Shown here piece after piece: positions 35,952 to 48,380 of a DNA stretch of 64,000 nucleotides. Source of the stretch: Eremomyces bilateralis CBS 781.70 (taxonomy: Eukaryota); assembly GCA_010015585.1 (NCBI GenBank), contig ML975162.1. One strand, 5' to 3'. Positions within the stretch are counted from its first letter, which is position 1. The number at the start of each line of letters is the position of its first letter. A program made the position numbers and the translations under genes. The notes under the pieces are model-generated. The model searched no databases. It was given only the letters and a program-made list of their open reading frames with translations, and had not been told where the DNA came from.

Positions 35952-36925
35952 CTATGTCTCCTTGAACTCATACGGCCCCTCCCTCTCCACGACATCCACC
36001 TCAATCCTCCCCTCCTCGATCTCCTTCCCATCCATCCTCACCCCCGCACTCATCCGATCACCCGCCACCACCGGGCCCACTCCCTTCGGCGTGCCGGTTA
36101 ACACAATATCTCCCTTCTCCAAGGTCATCACCCTGCTAATATCGCTCAGCTGGCGCGTGATGTTGTAGAGCATGAGGTTCGTGTTATCGCGCTGCTTGAT
36201 CTGCTTGTTCACGGAGAGCCACAGCTCGAGGTTGTCGGGACGCGGATGGATCTTCTGGCGCGGGATCGGGTTGCTGATGGGGAGGAAGGTGTCGAAGCCC
36301 TTCGCGATGGACCAGGGGAGGCCTTTGCGTTTGGCTTCGTCTTGCACGTTGCGCGCGGTCATGTCAATGGCGACGAGGTAGTCTAGGCACATCGTTAGCA
36401 ACTTAGTCATTGGTCAATCATCTCTCATGTTTCCGAATTGCTTGTGAAGATGCTGCTCATCTTCGCGCGTGCCGTACAAAGTGTCGCAACATGTAGAATC
36501 CGGTCGCACAGCAGACATACTCTCAATCGAATCCAGCGCCCCTTCCCTATCTTCCGCATGCATATCCCGCACCGTCTTCCCGATGACAAGCCCCAACTCT
36601 ACCTCATAATGCACCGTCACGCCCCGCGGCTTCAACATAGGCCCTTGGCCCGGCAGCAGCAGCGAGGACGGCGGCTTGAGGAAGAAGAACGGCTGTTTTG
36701 GGCGGGCATTTTTCAGCTCCGCGATATGGTCTCTGGGTTACGGATCAGCATGCATGCCGAGGAATGGGTGGTTCGAAGGGGATGAGTACGCGTAGTTTCG
36801 GCCAATGCAGATGACCTAGTCGGAGGGTTAGCATGGGGTTTGGGAGGTACAGCAAATAAGACGGTACTTATGTGTCCGGGTGGTACCTTTCTGCAATTGG
36901 CTCTTATGGATGCTGCGGAGGCCAT
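35952..36925 (-). CDS. Fumarylacetoacetate hydrolase-family protein, FAHD1/Fmp41-like (exons 36925-36887, 36815-36790, 36732-36521, 36382-35952)
   Basis: KVICIGRNYADHIAEL, PFFFLKPPSS, VHYEVELGLVIG, AIDMTARNVQDEAKRKGLPWSIAKGFDTF, LEKGDIVLTGTPKGVG. Confidence 0.93.
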
Positions 36926-37308
36926 ATTGGATATGATAATTTGCTCCGGGTCACCCTTTCTGGTGAGATGTTGAGGAATTATATGTAAGTCGAGTCATAT
37001 TCATGAGAATGGAGCTATGGAAGTGGACATGACCAAAGGTGAGTTACATTCGGAGGCACCTCGGAAATAAGGTCAGCACTTGGGAGGCATCCGTTATCAA
37101 GCTCTCAGCTTCATCGCGATAAGTATCACCATTTTCCTGATCTGGTCCCTGTTTAACAGGAAATTCGAAAATTGTGAAATCTCTGCGGAGATCTGAAAGG
37201 GCATGCTCAGTAACCAACCATCTACTCTCACAATGCCGAGTTGAGCTTTCGGCGAAGCCGTGATCGATACCCAACCACTACAGACACTACTTTTGCCATA
37301 TCACAACC

Positions 37309-37650
37309 ATGCGCGTCGCAGAAATCCTCTCTGACCTCACCTCCCTCCGCGCCTGTGTACATCTCCCTCCCCTCTATCTCAACTCACCTACTCACACCCC
37401 ACAGGATCCCTCCGCCGCGCTCGCTCTCGTCTCCACGCGGCCCTCCCCCTCATCAGTGCTGCCGTCCAAGAACTCCAGCATCGAGGCACCGGAACATGCA
37501 GAGGGCGGTAATGGCGATTTACGACGGGCGAAGGAGCTGGCAGAGTTGCATGCGGCGTTGAAGGGGGCACAGAGGAAGGAGTTAGTGGGGCCGGTGAGGG
37601 AGGAGGCGGAGAGGGTGGGGAGGAGGGCGTTGGGGGTTGCGCAGCGGTGA
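37309..37650 (+). CDS. Small conserved-looking fungal hypothetical protein with a probable in-frame 48-nt intron (37357-37404)
   Basis: MRVAEILSDLTSLRAC|DPSAALALVS...DLRRAKELAELH. Good ATG context, a GT..CAG intron and the gene-typical C-to-G skew. Divergent from the FAH gene. Confidence 0.7.
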   Translation: MRVAEILSDLTSLRACVHLPPLYLNSPTHTPQDPSAALALVSTRPSPSSVLPSKNSSIEAPEHAEGGNGDLRRAKELAELHAALKGAQRKELVGPVREEAERVGRRALGVAQR

Positions 37651-37966
37651 ATGGGGCGAGAGTTTGGGATGGCGATGGGGATGGAGAGGTGGAAGGCGGG
37701 GGGGGGTTACGGAGGGTGTGGGATGGATGATGCATTGTGGATGTTTATGATTGATGGCTATGAGGTTATGCAAAGTACATGTATGTATCCTGTTCTGCTA
37801 TGGACTGTTTTTGAGGCAGGAGTTCTGAAAGGGGAGACGGCTCTGCCAAATAACAATTGTCTGTCGCTGTCCAACCTTGCCACTGTCCAACTTTGCCACT
37901 TCTGGCCTCATGCAGATTAACCTCCATTTCACCATGCCTGATGCTATGGTACGGGTCGAGCTAGTT

Positions 37967-40102
37967 CTAATCATTGGTGAGCAACTTTTCACCTGAGCCA
38001 GTGCTATCCAGACCCAAGAACTGCGGACTGGAATCATGATCGATGGTTTCGGATTTGGGTTCTGTGCTGCTTTTGGCTTTAGCAGTCGCAAGGTATTTGC
38101 GTCGGCTTGCGATGAGTCGCTGTTTTAAGAGTTTTTCACGTAGTTCGTTTGCCGTTAGTGACTTCAGAATTGAGGAAGGAGTTAAGGTGGGAGTAGAAGC
38201 AGCTGAATTGGGAAAAGCAAATGAGACTCGAGCTGAACGGAATTGAGAGCGTTTGGGGTCATCGTTTGTGAAGAGATTAGATGTTGTCGAGCGTCCATTA
38301 GTTGAAGAGAAGACTGGGGAGCTGAAGGACTAGGAAACTGTTAGAATCATGCCGACTGTCAATGATGAGCTCACTAGGTCATTAGATTTGCCCTATGGCT
38401 CAGCGGTGATAGAAATGGTGGATTTGCTCTGGACTATGGATTCAGGGGCTGATATTATACAGTGCTGGTGTGGTTGCTATAGTGTGGCTACTCTTGACTT
38501 AGCTGGGCAGGCATTGGGTATATTGACGCCGAGGTGCAGTTAGGGGATTTATGCGTTACACTATGTGACGAGCAACGGCATCTTCAAGGCGATTCGTCAC
38601 CAACCTCTTCAGCACCACCGCGAGCGTCACTGATGTTGCGCTTATGTCCTCGATCTTCCGGTTCCGGCGATGATGTGTTTCGTCGTCTCTTGTGGCGTGG
38701 CTCATAGTGTTCCATCGAGCGTTGTCGTTTGCGATTTCCGATCCTGTCTCTTCGGCGTGGGCTCCGGCTGTCACTTCGATCTCGGTGTCGTCGCGGCAGT
38801 TTATGCCTGGTGGGGCTTGGAGAGCGACTTTGGCTAATAGAAGGGGAACGGGAAGAGGAACCTCGCCTCTGCTTCCGTGGTCGATCTCGGTCTCGACCTT
38901 TGCGAATATCAGCACGTGCATCTCCGTTACTTGTACTAGGTACGTCAGAGGGTGTTCTGGAGAATGATCTTGCGCGGCGTTTGCGTGGTGGACTCCTCGA
39001 GCGAGACCGCGAAAGAGATAGACTCGGAGAGGGAGATAAGTCCCGTCGTCGATGCTTTCGAGATCGTGGTGGTGGGCTTCGGCTGGGTGAATAGGAACGA
39101 TGGCGGCGTCTTCTGGGAGAACGTGAGCGCGGTCTTCTAGGAGGGGTGGGTGATCTGTAGCGATCAGCGGCGCGATATCTGGAGCTGCTTCGCTCTCTCC
39201 GGTCCCGCCGCCACGATGCCGGTGGTGCAGCGGGTTCTCTGGAGCGAGACTTAGACACGCTCGATGTAGCCCGCGTGACTGATTGTTCTCGTCGAACGCG
39301 GTCACGTGAATGGGACCTATCTCGCTGCCTATGAGGTGGGGATGGCGAACGATGGTCTCTGCGACCGTCGCGGAATCTTTGACGTGTGGGAGGAATGTAT
39401 GTGTCGATGCCTTCGCGTCGGCGTGGTGGTGACCGAGAACCTCTTCGTGAACTGTCTTGTCCTCTACCACGGCCGCGATCGTTGCGCTCCCGCTGCCTAA
39501 TACTTTCAACATCGCGTTCGCGTAGTTGCTCCCTCTCTCGACGTTCGCGGGCTTCTTGAGCGGCTTTTTCAGCCTCGGCCTGCTTTGGTTAGAATGATGC
39601 AGATGTAAGTGAGTGACGACAGCTAACCTTCTCCTGGATGAGCTCTAGTTTCTTGGCCTCTAGAAGTTCTTTCGGAACTCCCTGCGGATTGTTTTGGGCG
39701 CTCAGGCATAACGTCCACAGGTCCTTGCAGAAATTTGCAGTGTCCTTCTCAAGAAATCCTGTCAATTGAATTTGGAGGTGCTTGATGTTTGGCTAGAGCT
39801 TGGATTAGTTTCGCTCTCAGAACTGCGCGACATGGTCAACATACGAATCTTGAGCCCTCGAGCAGGTTGAAACAGAGCTCAATGACCACATCGTCTTCAT
39901 TTCCCAGGATCTTGGAGATTTTGGCAGCGATCCATCTATCCAGCAACACTAATCAGCAAGCCACTCCAGTTGTCATGTTGCACTAGGCGGGGACGTACTT
40001 CTTCATGACCTCAACGTTCACCTTCTGCATATCGACTTTCTGGTTGAACTCGGGAGGGAATTTAGTTGCTTTGAGCAACTTCTGATCAACCGTCGTTGCC
40101 AT
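37967..40102 (-). CDS. PWI-domain SR-related mRNA processing factor, SRm160/SRRM1-like (exons 40102-39999, 39935-39845, 39792-39628, 39579-38605, plus alternative 3' exons to 37967; unspliced form stops at 38584)
   Basis: DQKLLKATKFPPEFNQKVDMQKVNVEVMKKWIAAKISKILGNEDDVVIELCFNLLE...IKHLQIQLTGFL...DLWTLCLSAQNNPQGVPKELLEAKK is a PWI domain, followed by a long RS/SP-rich region. Confidence 0.92.
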
Positions 40103-41009
40103 GATGGCGGAAACAGGAGAAAAATTGGAGGACGTTGTGAGTTATCCGTTGTATCGCGTGCGCAATGATAATGTTATTTGGTGAAGCTTGACTCCAGAGC
40201 ACTGATTGATGATTCTCGCGTCCCGTTTCGGCTGAATCTCGGAATTGCGGCTGATCCTCGGGATATCTATGCACCTGTACCGGGCTCCCAGTCCGATTGC
40301 CTCAGATGTCTTAGACGTCAACCTTGAAAGATCTCGCTTTCCATTTCACAGTCAGGCCCTTCTTCATCAGGCGGATGCTGTATGGTTTTATTGGTTAGAT
40401 AACCCGTATGAAGTCGCTCTTGCTGGCGAGCCGGAGTGCTGTCGAGATGTGGAAGGCATTGCAGACGTTGACTGCATCTGGCAACATATGAAACCATATC
40501 AAAGTCATGGCCATGAACATAGCTTGGCTTTTGCTACTGGCGGGCAGCGATTGTGTACTACTCCAATATGGTGAAGATCTATTTCATTGTGCCCCTATCC
40601 GTGCTTTGTACAAAGATAGTTGGATTGTCTCATTTATATGCCTCATGGGAGGAAGTATCCAGGCTTGTTTCCGAAACTGGATCGTTCAAAGACCCAGCGG
40701 AAGCAGCCTCTGGATACCCATCACCACTCCCCGTTCTAGCGGGAGGGGTTGGTTAGGACGCTGGGTCCTGTGCCCAGTCGTGGTTTTTCAGGTTGTAGTT
40801 CTTTTCCTCATTTGCCTTTTTTGGCTCATTTCATTGCCGTCGTTTTAGTCTCACAGTCGCATTCTTTCAGTTTCAATATATTCACTTCTTCATTGTCTAG
40901 CCTCCTACCAACCACTCCTTTATGGAGAGTCCAGAATATCCATACTTTCTGCCCTCGTCTAATGAGCGCAGTCTTTGAGCGTCGTCGTTGAGAATCCGCA
41001 GACGGATTC

Positions 41010-42545
41010 ATGTGCAGCCGTATCAAGAGGGTTCTTGGCACTGCTCCCGGTAAGACACAGTGCAGCCTAGTTTTGGTGTATTACTGAGTCGAGAAGGCGA
41101 ACAACCGCAGCCTTCCGAGCCCAATCTAGCCTCCCGACCAGCTCCCAAGCTTGAATTACCCAAGCCAGCGCAGCTTAAGGCCATCCCTGAACTCCACCCG
41201 GTCCCCAAGCCTGCGACAGAAGAGGGATCGGGTCAAAATATCCCCAGCGCAGAGCAACAGGAGCTCATAAAGAAGCCACAGCCAGAAGAAACCGTGGTCG
41301 AAGAGACGGCGAGCGACGCCGCTTCAGCCCCGGATGCCCCAATGGCAGCCTCGTCGACAAGATCTCCGGTGGTCGGTACGAGGAACAACATCAACTCTCG
41401 TGAATCAGTGTTACTGACATTGGATAGGAGAGAAAGTGGTACCCGAAGTTCCTCACCAAACAGTGGGTAGTGGACACCAAAAATCGGACAACACGCCAAC
41501 TGCGGAAGCCACGCCTGGGGTTCCAGAAAAGGCAGGTATGGCAAAATCAAATCGTTGTTGTAATACCTTGCTGTCGCTAGAGCACTCACACTCCCCAGCG
41601 CCACCCAAATGCGTTGTCTTCGAGGAGCCCGAGGAGGATACGCCTCCCGTCCACGGACTGGATACGACGGCCACGAAAGACAAACCGAATGAAGTTCAAG
41701 AACCCATGGAGCCGACCGCCGAACAGAACCTAGCTTCTCTCGACACCTTGCCTGGGGTCCCTCGTGGGGAGCCTCCTCGACGGTCCTCAAAAACGCCGCC
41801 GCCACCGTCGTCCCGGAAGGTGACAATTGCTGAACAACCCCAGAGCGCTCCGGCTTCCAGCCATAGCTCTGTGGTGCCTTTTGCGTCGGTTCGGCGCTTT
41901 GCCAAGAACTGGACTCTGCCTTCCTTGAGACATGCTCGTGCGCCCGCCACTTCGCCAGAGCAGGATGCTGCGCCTCAGCAAGAGCAGGAACAAGGAGTGA
42001 TTCGGGGTGAACCATCGGATGTCGCGGCTCCAAACGAGAATGTCGCTTCTCGCAAGGACTCGGCGTTCACACTTGGGTCCAAAAAGGGAGCGACAGATGC
42101 CTCGGCCCCCAAGCCCTCTGACACAACTCCTGCGAACGTCGCATCGAGTGCCTACGACGACCCGAATCTAGGAGCTCCCGTCATAGCAGAGCGCGTCGCG
42201 GTGCTGTCTGACGACCTTCCTGAGCGCCAAGAGCAGCAAGGATTGGGCGCATCGGGGCAGCGAAATAACCCACAGGGACAGCTGCAACCCCGCGATATTA
42301 GTGCGACAGTGGATGGGTCCTCTACATCGGCTATGCCTACACCTTCACCACCGGGCGTGGTTGTGGTTACGGGGGAGCATCCATCGCTCTTGGTCCTCAA
42401 CACGAAGCCAAGAAGGTTGGATAAGGCTCGGTATTACAGCCCCAAGTGGATTGTGAAGGCGAGCATGGGGAGGAAGGCTGCCGATGAGGTGTGTTTCAGG
42501 ATTCGAGCGGCGCAGGCGGGTGTCAGGTTGGAAACTGCCCGCTAG
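41010..42545 (+). CDS. Orphan P/E/S/A-rich disordered protein (introns 41050-41096, 41376-41427, probably 41536-41580)
   Basis: Three GT..AG introns join the 136-aa and 369-aa ORFs into one frame. No family recognised. Confidence 0.65.
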
Positions 42546-44236
42546 TTGAGGTCGTGGTGGTGTTGTGTGGTACGAGTATGCAGGTTGAGTGACTAGGCTG
42601 GACTCAGGAGGCAGACAGAGAGCTGGAAGGGCGTTGAGACGATTCTATTCTCATGAACATGTACCTAGCTTACCTACTTTCGATACTTCACTTCTACCTG
42701 GAAAGCTTGAACAGTTATGTCCATCATCGCCGTTGTTATCCGTAGACATTGCCTTGACATGCGAGAAATGCCGTATACCGTTGAGTTGCTTCTATATGTG
42801 GTGCATGCCAGAGCAAATATCAATAGCCTCATCACTAGAACCGCTCAGGTATTACAGTTTGAAAACCAGACAAAAGCCTGAGCTCTTTCCAAAAAGGGGC
42901 AGCTAAGGATACATGCCATAAGAATGAAGATCCTTGACCTGGTGAGCTCAAAGAAAAATGATATATTAATCGGCAGCGAGATGTATAATAATGACTAGAA
43001 AGTGGGAGTATTCCCCTCTTCTATCATCCATGTGATATTACCTTCGGCTCCAGAGATATTCAAACCCGAGGGGTGTTTGCACCTGCAGGCTCAGTAGCTT
43101 GGTTCCTGGGTCAGCTTGAGATGGGCGAATCAAATCGGTTCAAGATCAACCACCACTCCCCCGTTTACACCAGAGCTCCACGATTCCCTCTGTTCTGCTC
43201 CATGAAATCGGCCACCCCACCATTCTCGGGAAATAAGGATAATGGTGGCACAAAGTGACTGATCCGTTTGCAGTGAAGCATGGGAGCGAAAGCAGATGAC
43301 ACCACCAAAAGCTGGCCCTTTGAAGCTCTGCGCAGTGGGTGATCCGAGTTCTCGGGGAAGATCGTGATAAGGCAGAAAGAGGCGAGGCAAGTTCACTCCG
43401 AAGGGTCAATTCTCCCCATCAATCGTATACGCAAGCTGATGATGCGACCAGTCATCTTTCTGTTCCCTAATATTCTTCCCGGTCTCTCTGCCCATCCAAT
43501 TATCACGATTTTCCTCTAAAGGATGTCCCGTTGCTTCTTCTGCGGATGTCAAGGCGATGAAACTGGTTGATATAAGACTAACCGCATTGGGCGCCATCAC
43601 ATTCCGTGTCCCTATCCCAAGGATCCAGTCGCAGGGCACCCCTCGTATCCGCACGATTCATGCCTCATAGTAAGATTCACTGGTAAGGTTCACCTCAGCA
43701 AAAAGCGCCAGGGTAGCCACCAGGCGGAGTCAAAGGCAGCGATGGACACACGAATTGCTGAGTTTGCTGTGCAACAGGCAACGCACTGACCCGCGGCGTC
43801 GGAAATCGAGTCACGTTTTCACGCGCCATGGACGCGAGTCCATTTACACGCCCAATCAGTGAAGAACGCGTCCCCCAAATATTTTAACTTGCCCACTTTC
43901 CTGTCCTCCCCGAAGTTGCTTCACACGCCTTCGTTGCAGAGGGATCAGGTATCCTGGTAGGTGAGGAGGAGGCCTTTATCAATTCCGTCCCGTACTTCCG
44001 TATCCTGCTCACATAAATGGCGCCATGGGTAACTCTTTTCTGTTTCTTCCTTCCTCTCCTTTCATTTTGTCCACTTGTTCGTCGAATGGTTGCCTGAGGT
44101 TGATGCCTATATCCCTTCCGTTGTTGCCTGGTGATTTCGTTTGAAGTCTATATAAGTCTCGTTGATGTTCCATTTGCACATTCCAGTTTTGCTTAGGTCC
44201 CCTCGGTCGGCTACTGCCTAAGCAGCCTCATTCAAG

Positions 44237-45197
44237 ATGATGTTCAGCGTCACCAAGTCGCACCGTAAAGGCGAGAGCTTCTCCACAAGACATCGAAGCA
44301 GTAAAAGCAGAAGACATGGATCGTTTCGCGAAGCCACATCTTCTCGACAAATCGAACGGATGGCAGAAGAAGCACAGGAGACACCCGTTCAAGCCAGCCC
44401 GTAAGTATAAGCAGTATCATAACGAAAGCTCATCTGATACTGACGACATCTAGACCACTAACCAGCGCCATCGTCACCCTCTACATCGGCCACGAGCAAC
44501 GTACCTTCGCCGCTCATGAGGACGTCCTCTGCCACTCACCTTACTTCGCCGCCATGCTTCGAGAGCAGTATTTCGAGCCTTCCAACCGACGCATCGAGCT
44601 TCCCGACGAAGAACCCGAGGTGTTCTCGTGCATCTTGGAATATCTGTACAAGGGCGACTACACACCTCGCATGGAGTACGACAAGCGTCGACGAAGCTGG
44701 CAACTGGAGAACTCCTCTGCTGACCCGACCGTCTGGTTGACTGGAGTCTGTGTTCCGATCTTGCGAGACACGGTGGTATACGTAAGTCCTTCCGCAATCC
44801 CCACAATGACGAGTCTATGAATCTAACCGTCCGCAAGTGCGCCGCTACAAGGTACGGCCTCGAAGACCTCACCCGCGTTGCCCTCCGCAAGCAAGGTCTC
44901 CAAACCGGCATCCAGTGCAGCACGATCCTCTCCAGCGCCCGCTACGCCTACGCCAACACACCTGAGACCGACTCGAAGCTGCGCGCTCACTACCTGACGC
45001 TCATCATCCGGAGTCGGCAGACATTCAAGCGGAGCGGCACCATGCAGAACGAGATGGAGGCTGGTGGCAGGCTATTCTTCGATCTCTTCGTCGCGATGGT
45101 CAATCATATGGTGAGTACTGTGCTTCCAATAGGGAACGTCTATTGGACGCCTTATCTAACTCTTGTCTTGCAGGATGAAATGAAATCGCCACGCTAG
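44237..45197 (+). CDS. BTB/POZ-domain protein (exons 44237-44400, 44454-44781, 44838-45110, 45174-45197)
   Basis: LTSAIVTLYIGHEQRTFAAHEDVLCHSPYF...IELPDEEPEVFSCILEYLYKGDY...VYCAATRYGLEDL..ALRKQ...ARYAYANTP is the fungal BTB pattern. Start codon uncertain. Confidence 0.9.
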
Positions 45198-46428
45198 GCA
45201 ACAGCTGGATTGCGTCGTCTGACTCTATTTGCCATTTGCTCATCGCTCAATCCCGTTGAATGCAATTTGCAACACGCTCCTCATGCTCATTTTCGTTTAC
45301 AGGTTTCGTCTATTTCGGATACCCTTCTGTGCATATATTTGTGTGTTTTCATTTCTGGACGGTACTGGCGCTCTGGTTATTTCCCACTGTTACTGACAGT
45401 GAACTTGTATCATACATCTGCTCTTCCGGCATCATTTTCATGGCCCTCGCCTGCAATTTTCTTTCTTGGGCTAGTCTTGACGGTTTATCAAGGTAGTCTT
45501 CATCCTGCAGGCAAGGCAAACAGGGACACAAAAAATTCGGTTCGCGCATTCACTTTGACGGGTTCCTTAGGTTGACGCACATTTACGAAGCTTTGAGGGA
45601 AGCGAGGCACCTAATGATTGGTCTTGATATTCCATTCTAATATCGAGCAACTATTGCTTGTGCGGCACATGTAATTTGTTGATGGTGACTAGATGGAAGG
45701 ATATCGTCGAATCAAAATTGAACTTGAAGGACAGGACGCGAGGGAGTAGCTAGACTGATCAATGTGCGGATATTGATTCTGGTTTTGAGATTATACGTCA
45801 GATGAGTGCACCAATAACATGTCACATTCTGGTGATGTTTGACCCGTGACCATCCGACCACGAATATATAAGGTGCGTCTCACGATGATTCGGATTCAAA
45901 GCGCAACATGAAGCAATGATACTCTATCCCCTTCATCATCCCAGCATCTCAGATCCACCCTTAGATCCATCTGCATCTACCCTAACCATTCCACTGGGAC
46001 ATTCAGAGAGGGGATAGTAGCGCATATTCGCCGAGCAACTGTCGAATCAAATGACCGACCGCTGTCGCACTTCATCCCTGAATATCAAAGTTGTGAGTCA
46101 TACTTGCTTCAGCCTAACCATTTGTGGATGGAACGTGAAGCAAGGCGTGCACAGACACGATATCCCTAAATGCTGTGGGATGAATAGGGCGGTGCCTAGG
46201 CTTTTGAAACTCGTTAGAATATCGAAGCCATCGGAGTTTGAAGATAGATATAAAGTTAGGTAGTGGTCAGTGCATCTGATATTTCGCGAGAATCGGTTCA
46301 CTTCTAGTGGACGGAAAGGCGACTAGGCGAGTTGCTCTAAGTGCTGCTGAGAGCCTTCATCAAGCACCGATAATCTCTTATTGGCGAATGTATTAATCGA
46401 AAGGTGGCAACTGAAAAAGGCGAACCTC

Positions 46429-48003
46429 TCAGACCCCCGTGCCAGGGAATGCGCCTTTCTTGCTGAGCACAATCATCCCTGCATCACGGGCGATATAACC
46501 TCTGAGGTTGTCCTTCACATGAATGTCAGCAAGGCAGATCAATGGCGTTTCTGTAAATACTAGAGGGTTGACATACCTTGTATATCAGATTGGCCAACAT
46601 GCACTCCACCTCATCCCGACTAAGCTCGTCTTCCGACCGCAACTTCAAGCTCAGCCTCATCGCGGCGGTAAACTCGTTCAACGGGATCCTCGTCCTGCGC
46701 ACTCGGTTCGTGCCTGTCTCGCCTTCCTTGGGTGGCTCATATCCGCCAGCAAGGAAGACCTTCCGGAAGAGATTGCGGAGGGCGATTTCTCGGCCACGTT
46801 CCATCGAGAGAAATATGCGCCGCTTGACGAACTCCCGTTCGCTGGCGGCGAGGGCAGCGTCGAAACCGGCGAGATCACCTTTCTTGATGCAGACTGCTAG
46901 TGGCAAGAAGAGTTGCTGGAGGCGTGGGTAAGGACCAAGGAGCGCCATGGTGGGGAGGGTGTGAGTTGTCAGGAGGTGGCAGGGGATTAGGTAGGTCATG
47001 ATGAGCCTGAGCCACGTTAGCGTGGGAGTCAACAGTATTGTTGGTAGAACGCAGCCTTACTCTTGATTCTTGCGGGCGTCCTTGTGGCAAAGTTGCTTTG
47101 CCTTTGTGAGATTCTCTTCCGCCTAGAAGGCATCCGAGCGCGTCAGTCATCTGCGCCTTGTGGTGATTTGGAAAGTGAACACACCTTCTCATAATTCTCT
47201 TCCAGGAAACTGATGACGCCTGTATAGTAGAGAAAGGCTACTTGATGTGACTTGGGGAATGCGTGCAAAGGAGGCATATCCCCCGCTGACGCCGTTAAGG
47301 ATTTGAGAATCGTCTTGGAGAGATTGATTGAATTGAGCTTGAAATGACATTTGAACATGAGATTCGTGAAGTAGTAAAGGCCCCATTTTCTTGACTCCTC
47401 CATGGGGGCTCGATCATTCGAGCAAATCCCGTAGATACGGTTGATCTGGCGTGTCGCATCTTCAAGCTTCTCGTTCTTCTCAACCGAGCTGACAAGATCA
47501 TCCGATAGACCTTGGCTGAAGGTCACGGCGCCTTTGGTTTTTTCCGTCTGCTCATCGGCTTTGATGGCGAAGATTCTTAGATATTTTGCAGCGACGTAGA
47601 GACAAGGGATTGACCAGGCTGGAAAGGTGGAATTGGTGTAGCCCCGCAGGAGCGCGTTCAGCATGTCCTTCCAGGACTCATAGACCTTGTTCCAGTCGGC
47701 TCCAGGGCCTTTGGTCTGATTGGATGCTTCCTCTGCGTGTAGGATGTCTCCAATGGCTTTCCAATAGGCTACAAAGACATCGACCCAGAGGCCTGATTCT
47801 TGCTTAGATACAAACAGACCTCTTGAGTCATACGTGAGGAAGGATCGGATGTCACTCTGCACGCTGAAGTGGTTGGTACTGCGGTAGAACCCATAAAGAA
47901 GGCCAGCATCATCCTTAGGAGCAGCTGGCATCAAACAATTTGCCATGGCGTAGCCATTGCCTTGAGAAAAAGCGGCCTTGAAGTTGTTTAGAATAGGCTC
48001 CAT
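46429..48003 (-). CDS. CSN12: PCI-domain protein Csn12/PCID2-like, 4 exons
   Basis: DRAPMEESRKWGLYYFTNLMFKCHFKLNSINLSKTIL, FPKSHQVAFLYYTGVISFLEENY, ECMLANLIYK, RGYIARDAGMIVLSKKGAFP. Confidence 0.9.
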
Positions 48004-48380
48004 GGTTTGAGAGAGCCTACAAGGAGGACGAGAGGGATAGAAAGGAAAACACAGAATTAAACTAGAGCGAAGCTTTTCTGATTAGCATAATTGGCTTCAG
48101 AAGGGACAATATATCGAACCTCGGGGTTCATAACCTCCCTGTAGTGGAATCTCCCTTCATCTGTTGCGAGCTGGTGAAGTGAGTGATGATGGAGGGACAT
48201 GGAGAAGGAGGTGACAGGGATATGATACCCAATTATGATTGGTTGAAAATAATGTTGTTTAGAGTGGGTCTCCCGGCGAAACGTTGATCCTCACTTTCAC
48301 ACACCAACCGAGAGAAATTGCCTGCGCACGCATCACAACTTCACCGAAGCACACGACAGCCACTTTCGTCAACCGTAACA

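Noticed and set aside
38556..39512. 318-aa alternative-frame ORF in the PWI gene
   Set aside because: Off-frame reading of the RS-rich exon; the true frame is fixed by the spliced PWI domain.
41436..41470. Apparent frameshift between ORFs 41060-41470 and 41436-42545
   Set aside because: A canonical 52-nt intron (GTACGA at 41376, branch TACTGAC, TAG at 41427) joins the frames, so the gene is intact.
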